The notes below the pieces were generated by a model. That model did not search any database, was not told the DNA's origin, and was given only the letters and a program-made list of their open reading frames with translations. A DNA stretch of 64,000 nucleotides from a virus, in IMG/VR virus record IMGVR_UViG_3300050821_005889; one strand, 5' to 3'. Position numbers and translations under genes: made by a program. Positions 32,211 to 42,800 of this stretch are shown in pieces; positions within the stretch are counted from its first letter, which is position 1, and each line of letters opens with the position of its first letter.

Positions 32211-35200
32211 ATGAAACCTGTAAAATTTTCAGAAGAAGTCTGCGTATTCAGCAATGGTATAGGCTATACGGTTGATGCTGAGTACCTGGGTCTAATTACA
32301 GGTAAACGTTACTATGACGCACTCAACATCCGTCTTCGGCAAAAGTCCGGTGTCAACTCAGGTGTCCCGGTTGCCATCAACGGAGAGCAGCTTAAGTATC
32401 CATTGATTGTTCCTTATCACCTGGGGGGTGGGGGCTTTACCAGCGAGTGTATTGCCAACGCCTTCCTTCCCGCTCAACTATCCTATAAGTGTATCCTTGC
32501 CACAATGGTACAAGGACACCTGTTTGAGATATGGGCAGATAAGGACAGAATCCTTCCTACATTTTTCAGGGCGGACGGTCATGTTGTTGCCGGTGGAAAT
32601 GGGAATCACACTATACCATTCTCTGTTGATTATCCTATACAATATTCTACAAACAATACACCTCTTGGCGGAGAAATTTTTCTTACCGATAACCATGTGG
32701 TTCCGCAGATATATGTAATAAGCGACATGCTTATCAATTCTGGTATTGACCTTGCCTCCGGCATTCGCACAGGGGCATGTACTGATAAATACTTTGCATC
32801 TTACAACTACACAGATTATTCTATCAATACTGCCACACAGGCAGACCATCCTGTTTTTATAGAACTTGCAACTGCACAACCGGCAGGAAGTATTATACTT
32901 GGAACCAGTGGGCTGTTCCCCGGAACCTATCAGTATTCTATTCAATACGTGGACTCACAAGGCAATACTACAGACTGGAGTGAACCTACACCAAATATCC
33001 CGGTAATAGCTAATATAGATTCAGCAAACAGTAATACTTTTCCTTATTTACAGATGGTTGGAGCAGCGCCACAGCCGCTTGCCACAGAAGGTATAGGAAT
33101 TGGTATTCATATCCGTTTCAGGGTCACAAACATTAATAACTACAGCAGCATGAATATAAGACGGGTTGCTTATAATTCAGGTTCGCCTATAGGAACACAA
33201 GGCACAGAGACTATTGTTTATCAATTTAATATTACGGCAGGCCAAATAGGCATTGTAGATATATTTGATTTTGGGGCTACAGGAACATCACTTACCGTAA
33301 GCGCACAAAGAACAACGCAGGCGGTAATAGAGACAGCTAAAGGAATCCGGTACTATGACCGCACTCTTTATCTTGCTAATATTAATTATGCTTCCAGGGA
33401 TGTAAGTGGTGTGACGTTTTTAACGTCCCCTGACACGGCATGGCCTGTGATGAAAAATATCGGAACCATTGGACATCACGACCCGTACAATTCTGTTTAT
33501 TATAAACACTTCATGAACCGGGAGCGTTATGGTTTTGGAGTAAAGTATATAGATGGATTTAATACCCAATCTTTTGTAGGAGCTTTTCCGGGCGCTGGCA
33601 ACCCAACCAATTACGGAGGAGCGTTTAATAATTATATGATGCCCAACCGCAGGGATACAGCTACTTCTATAAACAACTATAGCCAGGATGGGACTACAGT
33701 AACAGTAACAGCATCCGATGTAACCAATACGCCCAATCCTACATTTGAAATATTTGACATGAGTAATGCGGCATCAAAGAATGATACCATTACCTATAAA
33801 AATATATTTGCCACCGCATCTTCTTTTAATGTTAAGCCCACGAGCCAGATTACTATGTATAATGCCAATATAGGTGCCGGGGCTGTAAGCGGAAGTAATG
33901 TTGTTGCTCCGTATTATCCATTCACCCCCAAGAATGAGAACGACCCTGATGTATCGGGGCATAACTTTGTGGTTAACACTGCGGTTTATACCGGCATAGA
34001 TAGTTTTGGGAACCCATTATCAAAAATATCACTACTCAGCACCCCGGCTTATCAACCGAAAGGGTTTGCACAACAGTATCTTACAATGGGAATGTCTATG
34101 GCTGGACTTGCTAATATTCCATCATGGGTTTCTGCATTCTCTATACAGGTAACCCCTCCCGCCGGAAGAGTGGTAACACAGGGGATAGCATTCTATTCCC
34201 TTAATGAAAATCCAACAACCCCAGGAGCAAGCGGAGCTACCAAAGACACCGATAAGATAGTATTCTACTCTCCTGATGCCGAGACAGGACTTACGCTCAT
34301 GCAGGATATTATAGACAATCCAAGTATATACAGCGTGGAGTTTATTTGCCCTCTTGGTTCATTCAGTGAAGTATATAGTTTTCGTATAGCGCAGGATGGA
34401 ATTAATTTCAGTGTACCTACATCTTACGCCGGGTACAATGTTGACATGGTTAATTATGCCAGGGTTTATTACGATAATTCTTTAATCAATACGGACGGGT
34501 TGACCCAAATTGGCAACGGTGACGGGTATGTTAATTTTGGCAGGTTTAGAAACGTTGCCTCTGCTGGCGGGTCTGTAGCAAACATTTTTAATAACTCCAA
34601 TCCTGGCAATGCACAGGTAGGGGTAACAGGAGCTACTGCTGTAACTACTAAATCAGGCAGGCAAACATTCTATAAGATTCAATTAGATGCACCTCTATAC
34701 AGTACCGGCTCTCCCGGAAGTAATATAGACGCTGCTTATGGAACAACTAATCTAAAGAGGTTCACAGAGCCTTTTTATATTGTTAACATAGTTCGCAAGG
34801 ATGCTGTTGTTGACACTTCTGTTAACCAGACACAATATGTTTCAACAGGGCACTATCAGAAAATATCATCTATCATAGGTCAATCAAACGGTGCCGCAAA
34901 GCAATCATTTTTGCTGGTAGACGAAAATCCAGGAGACTGCATTGTAAAAAACGGGACGGATATAAAATACATCTGGATAGAAGACATTAACGGGAACCAG
35001 TTGCCGTGGGTAAATATTTCTATGGCAGGAACGGGGTCTTTTACACTGGCTAATATATTTGGAGATATAGCTAATGGTACCAATAACTCAGGAGCTAACC
35101 CAACCAATATATTAGCAGGAGTTTATTCCCAATCCATTACGCAGGTGAATGGCCTGGATAGATTTTATACTATAATATTTGAATCCATACCGGGACAGAA

Positions 35201-37319
35201 CCAGGCTTATTGTATTCCAACCGGAGGGTACAACATACTTGTTAATTATGATAACAGATTCCCGGTAACCTGTTTTGGCGATAATATAAATGGGGACGCC
35301 GTTTGGGCTCCTATAGATGGAAGTGTTGGTAACGGCGGAGATGCAGAACAGCTATCTCCTGTAGCCTCTGACCATCCGGGAAACTTTAACCTGGACATAG
35401 GATTCCCTTACTTTCATTATGAATGTAACCCCAGGCTGTATATACCTAATTACCTGGGGGGAGGGTCTATTCCTTCCGGCGCTCCGTGGATACAACAGCT
35501 AAACTCAACGGCACTTCACCTCATCAGGCAAATGCTTAATGTATTTACCTGTTCTTCCAAGACACATGTACCATATTGTTTTAACGAGTTACAGGTGACT
35601 GCCAATTACGGGAACCAATACTTTCCTCTTATGAATTATGTAATGAGGTCAAGCAACTGGGACGCCTCTGTGACAGATGTGTCTACCACACAACTTGCAG
35701 GCGGATATTATTCTACCGATTACCTTGATGAGTTCTCTGCCGGAACTTCACCTCATTTTAAAATACAGAACTGGATTTATGGTGGCTTCCGTTTCAAACA
35801 GTCTACTCTCAATTGGAATATAGATTACTCAGAAGGAGAAGTAAATTTTCCTTCCTTCGGTCGTCCGGTAGTAGGATATAATCCACAAACATTTTTCCCA
35901 ACCAGGAGTGTTTGGTCTGTTCAAAGACAGATTAATGACATTAACGACCCTTCGCTTCGCACTTTCCCTGCATTAAACTACAGGGACATTGATGATAACA
36001 CCGGGGAAATAAAACTATTATACTCCGCCCAGAGTGCAGGCCGTGGCGATAACCTGTATGCCTTTACAGAGCATGGCATTTGTTTACTGATGACTGACAA
36101 GTATGTGGTGAGGCAGGGGGCAGGAACTGATTGGACGGTAGTGCAGGGGAGTGGGGATGAGGCGGTAATGCTGGAAGAGTGGCTGCACCGCGATATTGGA
36201 TTAGGTGATGAGATGTGGCGCAGTTTTGCAGAACATGATAATGTTGCCTGGTTTGCCAACAAGCAAAGTATTTATAAATTTGAAAATGAAAAGGCGCATG
36301 ATATTGCAATGCCCTATTTTCACTGGAGGTACCAGCAGGACATACTGGATAATATGCGCCCTGGTTTTCTGTCAGACCTCACAGGGTTCTACGACATCTA
36401 TCATGGAGAATATTGGCTATCCTATAAGGACAGAACTTTTACCTGTTACGGAACAGGAACGTATGAAATACAATCCCCGGTAAACTACAATGGGCTGTAT
36501 TATCAAATAGATGGAGAGTTAGGTGCTGTATTATTGCCCACTCCCCAATATGCAATAGAACAATTGTTTATTTACAATAATACAAACTCTCCTGTTCAGG
36601 TGCAGTTTTTCAGTGGAACAATATATCCTACTTTATGTTTTATAGCGCCCCAGATGTACCGCTCCTTTAATATATACGGGTATGGCAGTAATCTTACAAA
36701 TCCTTTCTTGTGGGAGTGTTCGCCGGATGATATTGCATGGAGCGACTCACTTCTCAATCCGATTGTCCTTGTATGGCAGGACGAACCGGATACCGAAGAG
36801 CGTGGCAAATGGGTGAGCCGGTTTACTTATGAATTTGACAAGTTCGCTTCCGATAATAATAATTCGTATGGGTTCAGAAATGTTATATCGGGACAGGGTG
36901 GAGCATGGCAGCTTGACCGTGGTAACCAGATAAACGGAGCGAATGTGGCGGCAGAGATTACCGGGTTTTGTACAGGAGATAATCATATCCGCATTCAATA
37001 CGGAGCCGAAGCAGAGCAGCCTTATTCTAAGGAGTTTCATAAATTGAGAATCAATGGTAATGTCAAACCTACGCGCATTGAGTTCTTCCAACATTCAGAC
37101 CAGGTAGATAATGATGCCCCTGTTTGTTTCCTGGATATTTCTACAGATTCCCTGTACCTGAAAGACTACTACGGATTTGAGGCTCTTATACCACGCAAGA
37201 GTGCAAGCCCAAATGACAGGCTACAAGGAAGGATGCTTTATTACAAAATAAAATACAATGGAGGAAGTCCACTTTTCCGTGTGACAGACTCAGTTGTCTC
37301 ATTCCATAAGATTAAATAA
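32211..37319 (+). CDS. giant virion-associated protein (1702 aa), function unknown
   Basis: Uninterrupted 5.1-kb ORF in the morphogenesis block. Beta-rich, Gly/Asn/Thr/Ser-rich composition. Confidence 0.6.
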   Translation: MKPVKFSEEVCVFSNGIGYTVDAEYLGLITGKRYYDALNIRLRQKSGVNSGVPVAINGEQLKYPLIVPYHLGGGGFTSECIANAFLPAQLSYKCILATMVQGHLFEIWADKDRILPTFFRADGHVVAGGNGNHTIPFSVDYPIQYSTNNTPLGGEIFLTDNHVVPQIYVISDMLINSGIDLASGIRTGACTDKYFASYNYTDYSINTATQADHPVFIELATAQPAGSIILGTSGLFPGTYQYSIQYVDSQGNTTDWSEPTPNIPVIANIDSANSNTFPYLQMVGAAPQPLATEGIGIGIHIRFRVTNINNYSSMNIRRVAYNSGSPIGTQGTETIVYQFNITAGQIGIVDIFDFGATGTSLTVSAQRTTQAVIETAKGIRYYDRTLYLANINYASRDVSGVTFLTSPDTAWPVMKNIGTIGHHDPYNSVYYKHFMNRERYGFGVKYIDGFNTQSFVGAFPGAGNPTNYGGAFNNYMMPNRRDTATSINNYSQDGTTVTVTASDVTNTPNPTFEIFDMSNAASKNDTITYKNIFATASSFNVKPTSQITMYNANIGAGAVSGSNVVAPYYPFTPKNENDPDVSGHNFVVNTAVYTGIDSFGNPLSKISLLSTPAYQPKGFAQQYLTMGMSMAGLANIPSWVSAFSIQVTPPAGRVVTQGIAFYSLNENPTTPGASGATKDTDKIVFYSPDAETGLTLMQDIIDNPSIYSVEFICPLGSFSEVYSFRIAQDGINFSVPTSYAGYNVDMVNYARVYYDNSLINTDGLTQIGNGDGYVNFGRFRNVASAGGSVANIFNNSNPGNAQVGVTGATAVTTKSGRQTFYKIQLDAPLYSTGSPGSNIDAAYGTTNLKRFTEPFYIVNIVRKDAVVDTSVNQTQYVSTGHYQKISSIIGQSNGAAKQSFLLVDENPGDCIVKNGTDIKYIWIEDINGNQLPWVNISMAGTGSFTLANIFGDIANGTNNSGANPTNILAGVYSQSITQVNGLDRFYTIIFESIPGQNQAYCIPTGGYNILVNYDNRFPVTCFGDNINGDAVWAPIDGSVGNGGDAEQLSPVASDHPGNFNLDIGFPYFHYECNPRLYIPNYLGGGSIPSGAPWIQQLNSTALHLIRQMLNVFTCSSKTHVPYCFNELQVTANYGNQYFPLMNYVMRSSNWDASVTDVSTTQLAGGYYSTDYLDEFSAGTSPHFKIQNWIYGGFRFKQSTLNWNIDYSEGEVNFPSFGRPVVGYNPQTFFPTRSVWSVQRQINDINDPSLRTFPALNYRDIDDNTGEIKLLYSAQSAGRGDNLYAFTEHGICLLMTDKYVVRQGAGTDWTVVQGSGDEAVMLEEWLHRDIGLGDEMWRSFAEHDNVAWFANKQSIYKFENEKAHDIAMPYFHWRYQQDILDNMRPGFLSDLTGFYDIYHGEYWLSYKDRTFTCYGTGTYEIQSPVNYNGLYYQIDGELGAVLLPTPQYAIEQLFIYNNTNSPVQVQFFSGTIYPTLCFIAPQMYRSFNIYGYGSNLTNPFLWECSPDDIAWSDSLLNPIVLVWQDEPDTEERGKWVSRFTYEFDKFASDNNNSYGFRNVISGQGGAWQLDRGNQINGANVAAEITGFCTGDNHIRIQYGAEAEQPYSKEFHKLRINGNVKPTRIEFFQHSDQVDNDAPVCFLDISTDSLYLKDYYGFEALIPRKSASPNDRLQGRMLYYKIKYNGGSPLFRVTDSVVSFHKIK

Positions 37320-37340
37320 CTTTACCAAAATTCACTCACT

Positions 37341-38090
37341 ATGCCAGCAGCAGATTTAGGAACAACCCTTAGTACACTTGATGCCTTTGCCCCACTTGCC
37401 GGTAACATGATTGATACCGGGTTACAGGCAGGGCTTGGCGCTTACCAGTTACTATATGCCAATAAATTAAAACGGCAGGCAAATGCACTTTTCCCTACTT
37501 CTGTAGACCCGCAGGAACAGCAATACAACCAGGAATTAAATTCTATACGCAAGGGTAGTTATAGCGGTGCTTCTTATGCCAACGCCATACGGAGCCTGCG
37601 TACACAGCAGATGAACTCAGGGCGTGATATAGTGGCCAAAGCTGGCGGGTATGGTGGTGGCGCTATTGCAGGGCTTGCCTTAAATGCGGGAGAGGCAGAT
37701 GATGCCTATGGCAAGATAGCCTCAACGTTAAGCCATGACCTGATGGGATACCAACAGATGTATGGAGCCAGTACAAATAGTATGGTTAAACGCAGGGCTG
37801 ACCTGGACATGATGAAATATGGACAGGCAGAAGCAGATTATCGCGAAGATAAAGCAGCCGGATATTCCAATTTCTTTGGAGCCACGGCAGGCAAGGGAAT
37901 ACAAGATGTGAATTTTAAGAATATAGCCACTGCGTTAACAGCAAACAAAAGACCTCCGGTTCAAGGCGAGGACTACGGAATAGCAGATGATGGTACCCAG
38001 CCTCCTGTTATGAACGCTCCTATGCAGTCTTACGGGACAGAAGCGGATAACATGCAATCTCCTTACGCGGCATACAATCCCTATCACTAA
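37341..38090 (+). CDS. hypothetical virion-module protein (249 aa)
   Basis: Gly/Ala/Gln-rich. Confidence 0.7.
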   Translation: MPAADLGTTLSTLDAFAPLAGNMIDTGLQAGLGAYQLLYANKLKRQANALFPTSVDPQEQQYNQELNSIRKGSYSGASYANAIRSLRTQQMNSGRDIVAKAGGYGGGAIAGLALNAGEADDAYGKIASTLSHDLMGYQQMYGASTNSMVKRRADLDMMKYGQAEADYREDKAAGYSNFFGATAGKGIQDVNFKNIATALTANKRPPVQGEDYGIADDGTQPPVMNAPMQSYGTEADNMQSPYAAYNPYH

Positions 38091-39886
38091 TGGCTGACGA
38101 TTTAAAATATAATGACATAGGGGAAGACCAGGTAGAAGACTCTAATGACTCAGAGGTAATTACCGGGCAGGACACCCCTGCGGAAGCATACGGTGCCGGT
38201 GTCGCCGCTTACCAGCAGGCTGCAAGAAAAAATAAAGACAACGGCTCAACTCCGTATAGCCCCATAGCCGCAGCCCTTTCCAGAACACGCAACAGTGCGC
38301 AACAGATTCCGGGAGTCCCCGGAAGTATTTCTACAGACCCTGGTACACCAGGGATAACAAGAGACCAGGCATATCCTTCCGCTCCTGTAAGGATGCAGGA
38401 TTTGCCGGGAAGGTATTTTGGTGCCACTCCTATATTTCTTGGTGGCCAGCCACTGTATCCTGTATCATTGGAAGAAGCCCGTAGGCGTTCCAATAATGAT
38501 TACATGGCGTCACAGGAACAGGCAAGGCAACAGAATGAAAACACGCTGTTCACAAATCTTACAAGGCAAAAGGTAGCCCCTGCATACCAGGAAAAGGCGG
38601 ATAAGATGCTGGATGACCTTTATGATGATTACTCAAAAACATTTGCGCAGAAAGGAAGATATGGTGCAGTAGCCGCTTATAACGACCCTAATAGCCCTGA
38701 GTTCAAAGAGTTTACACAGAAGTACCATAACTACCTGCAATCTACAGAGGCCATCAATCACATGGACACTCTTTTGTCGCAGGCGCAACAACGTCCACCC
38801 GATGAATTATCCCCCGCTACCAAAGCCCAAATTATAAAATTCCAGACCGGAGGGTTTATGAACCCGGACGGCACTGTTGATACACAGACCCTACAAAAGT
38901 CTTATGTTGACCTGGCTAAATATATGGGCTATGATGGTATTATAAAAAGCATTGCACCCTATATAGCAAAGGATAGTGAATCATTTTTCCAGCAAGGAGC
39001 CAAAGATGCAAACGGGAAAGAAATATCTCCTCTTGATAATGACCACCAGTTTATAACAGAGGTTAAGAAAAATCCAAATTGGGACAAGCTCATTGATAGT
39101 AAGTATGTTCCTATGCTGCTTAGTCATGCCGGATTAAACCCTGCTCTCAATGACCCTAAAGCAGCGCACGATTATCTTAAGCAGATACTTCCTGAGTTCG
39201 TAGAAAAGCATTTCTATGATGTGCAAAGGTCTTCTGCAAGTGCCGGAGAAAATAAGGTGGCCAATGAAGGTAATTGGGTAGTTGATTTTGCCAACCAGGT
39301 AAGAGGCAGTAATGTAGATGGAGCCGTTCACACCGGCGGAGAAAATGATAACAACCCTCGCGGTGTGATGATGCAGGCTCCGGGAGACATGTCTACCAAT
39401 ATCACTAATCCTAATTTCTTAAAATATATTGTAACAGGACAGGATGCCAACGGCAACGCTATTACAGCCCAGGACACCCGCAAAACAATAGTTAATCCTA
39501 TATCCGGTTTATGGAAGGACAATTCCACCGGAGATATATATAAAGTTCCTGCTGCTGCCAAAAATCCAACTACAGGAGATATTGATTGGGGGCAGGTACG
39601 CACTCCGGCTAATAAAGTAACTAATATGTGGACGGATGTAATAGTTCCGTATTACAGAAGTGTAGGAGGGACTGGGGCAGAAACTAAATTGACCCAGATT
39701 CAAAAGAAAATGTGGACACAGCAACCGCAGGAAGCACAGGCTCTTGGTATTCCTCCACTCCCTAAAGGTGGAAATGCAGCCCCGGCAGCATCTGCCCCGG
39801 CTAAAACTATAGTAAGAACAGGAGTTGACAAGACAGGGAAAAAAGTAGTTCAATATTCAGACGGTACTGTAGGATATGCCCAATAA
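38090..39886 (+). CDS. hypothetical virion-module protein (598 aa)
   Basis: TAATG overlap with the upstream gene. Confidence 0.7.
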   Translation: MADDLKYNDIGEDQVEDSNDSEVITGQDTPAEAYGAGVAAYQQAARKNKDNGSTPYSPIAAALSRTRNSAQQIPGVPGSISTDPGTPGITRDQAYPSAPVRMQDLPGRYFGATPIFLGGQPLYPVSLEEARRRSNNDYMASQEQARQQNENTLFTNLTRQKVAPAYQEKADKMLDDLYDDYSKTFAQKGRYGAVAAYNDPNSPEFKEFTQKYHNYLQSTEAINHMDTLLSQAQQRPPDELSPATKAQIIKFQTGGFMNPDGTVDTQTLQKSYVDLAKYMGYDGIIKSIAPYIAKDSESFFQQGAKDANGKEISPLDNDHQFITEVKKNPNWDKLIDSKYVPMLLSHAGLNPALNDPKAAHDYLKQILPEFVEKHFYDVQRSSASAGENKVANEGNWVVDFANQVRGSNVDGAVHTGGENDNNPRGVMMQAPGDMSTNITNPNFLKYIVTGQDANGNAITAQDTRKTIVNPISGLWKDNSTGDIYKVPAAAKNPTTGDIDWGQVRTPANKVTNMWTDVIVPYYRSVGGTGAETKLTQIQKKMWTQQPQEAQALGIPPLPKGGNAAPAASAPAKTIVRTGVDKTGKKVVQYSDGTVGYAQ

Positions 39887-42800
39887 TAAAAAACCAGACC
39901 CGCAGGATATACAGTGGGACGCTCCGCATCCAAGTGATGTAACCTGGGATACACCCGCCACACCCCAGCCAGCTCCTGCCATGCCTGCACCTGCCCAGCA
40001 GGGAGGCAACATTGTACCTATGTGGTCTCATCAACAGGAGCCTGCACCTAATGCGCCGCTTGCATCTACTAACTATGGCGTGTCAGAAACAAATCAAAAT
40101 GCACCTGCGCAGCCCCCTTTAGAGTCTTCGGTTCCCGGTCAGCCAGATGCAACAGACAAGGCTCTTAAAAGGGCTAACGATTTTATAGACCAGGCGTCTG
40201 AGTTTTTACCGGAAGGAAATGTAAAGGATGTATCAACGCTGGCAGCAAAAGGTGCATTAGGAGCTGTCCAACAATTTAAGCAAGGTTCAGAACAGGTAGC
40301 ACAGGCCGGAGGTGTTCAGCAGGGAGCACAAGCTATTCCCACTTCGCAGAATGCACAGGTAGAACAGGATGCCTCAAAAGAAAATGTCGCATATAGTGGC
40401 GTAGCCACAATCGTAGGTCTTGGCAAAATGCTTATGGGCGTAGGGGCTCTTACTGTACCTGAAATTAATGCCTGGAACTATGGGTCTGCGGCATTGGCAC
40501 AGTCCTCTCCGGGCGTAGCCACTCAGGTTAATAACTTCTTTTCTTCTAAAGCAGAAGATGACCCAAATTCTCCCAACTTCGGTAAGGTGATTATTCCTAC
40601 AGGGGCGGCTCCTATAATCCTTGACTCTAATAAGCCGGGACAAAAAGCTGTCCTGGAGTTCCTTGATTTCCTTCCGCAGTTAGTACTTGGTGGTATGATT
40701 GCCGAAGGCGTTTCGGTAGACCAGGCAAACGAAATAGCATCCAAGATTAAAAAAGGAGAGGTGCTCACCCCGCAGGAAGATGCCATTGCCGCAAAAGGAA
40801 CACAAACATATCTGTCAGACCCTAAGAATATTATCACCAATGAGACCCTGGGCAAAATAAAGCCCGACCTGTCAGATGGTAAGAAGGTAGCCGTGGCTCC
40901 TCTTATTGAACAAAAGCAGGCACTGGAACAACGTAATGTAGGGCTACTTGAGTCTAAGGGCAAACTGGATTCTTCTTTTCATGATGACGTGGATAAAGAA
41001 GTTGCCGATAACGAGAAACAAATAGCTACCTTAACCCAACAAATAAAAACTAAGGCAAATGAAAAAGAAACTACGCCAGGCACTGCGCAAGGTGCCAATA
41101 CCCAAGCCGACAACAGACCCGGCGAGAGCCAAGAGGGAGAAGGAGTGGGACAGCAGCAATTACAGGGAGGAGTACAAGGACAACAGCCTGGAGCAGATAC
41201 AGGCACCCAACCTGATACCCAAGAAACTGTTGCGTCGAATGAAAAACCAGGGATAATCAATGCCCCTACAAAGCAAACGTCAGATGCGCTGGATGTTCAA
41301 GAACCATCCGCAGATGGCAAAGGAATGGGCGTCGGAGACACCCAACCTCAAGGAACTACCGGAAAAGAAGAAGGTAGCGGAAACGCTAAAGGCGCACCGA
41401 AAGAAGAAATAAAACTGGAGTCACATCCTGGTTTTGAAGCCCCTGACCTCAAGGACTATGAAGGGAAAGATTCAGACCTGTTCCCGGAAAGGGAATGGGC
41501 TAACAATCCTGACCGCGTTACCATGCGTGATGGCAATGAAGTAGGAACAACTTTCCGACAACTGGCCAAGCAGACCCAGGATGGAATGAAAGATGTTAAG
41601 GACAATGCGCCTGATAACACTCTTATCACCACTCATTCCAAGAATGGCAGGATGATTAATGCCTTAAGAAAAGTGGGTGATGATATAGACCTGGATAGTG
41701 ATGAAGGAATAAAAAAAGTAGCTAAGGCATATCTTGCAGAACCCGATATAGAAAAGGGGGAGCCCCAAACCACAAAACTTGATAATGGAAAAACAGTGCA
41801 TGTCGCTATGCACGGAACTACCGAGGACGACCTGAAAGATTTTAATTCCGGGCAGAGTCCAGTTAATCTTTCTAAGGAAGGCATCAAGGACAGCAAGGAT
41901 ACAGCACAGGCAGTTGAAGATAAAAACATAAGCCATATTATCAGCTCTCCTACAGAGAGGGCAATGAAGACGTCTAAGATTATCCAGGAGCATCTTAATA
42001 AACAGATAGCTGAACAGAAATCCAAAGAGCCTGTCATGTCCGCAGAGGACTTTGATAAACAAGGGCTCAACTACGGCCTACAGGAAGATGGTACACGTAT
42101 GGAACCTGAGTTAAACATCAAGTTCAAAAAACCTATTACCAACAACCAGATGCGCCGCATCAACGAGGTGATGGATTTACCTAAAGGCGCATTATCCGAA
42201 GATGGTAAGGAGCTTACTATAACCAACGATTCTAAAACAAAGACCCATGACCAATTCATTGCCGACGTCGCAGTCCTCAAAAACAAACTCAATGAGTTCA
42301 AGCGAGTTCCAACAGAAATTAACCAACGTGTTAGGAGACTGGCTTCCGAAGTTGAAGGGGGCACCGAAGCTGCTACACAGCCAGAAACCGGCAACAAGCC
42401 AGCCGAAACTGAACCAGCAAACACCAACACAGTCAATACCGGCAGTGAAGGCGGACAACCTGAACCAGTCCCCGGCGAACCCACTGGGACAACTGACGCC
42501 GCCAGACCAAACCAAGAATCAGAACCTGTAACACAGGCTGCTGGCTTTGCCGGTGGCGCAGAGCCTCCACAACCACCAGATGTGACAAGAGAGGGAGTAT
42601 ATGACGATACGCCTGACTATAATAAATCTTCTTCACCTGTACAGGATTTCCTTAATGATACAAGAAGCGCCCCTAAGTTTGAACGAGATATAGCACAGAA
42701 TGTAAAACAGCTCAACGGTATCAATAAGGCCAATACGCTCCGCGCTGTGAAGCTCATGGAAATGCTGCCGGATAAATTTAAAGACCCGGTACTCCAGGAG

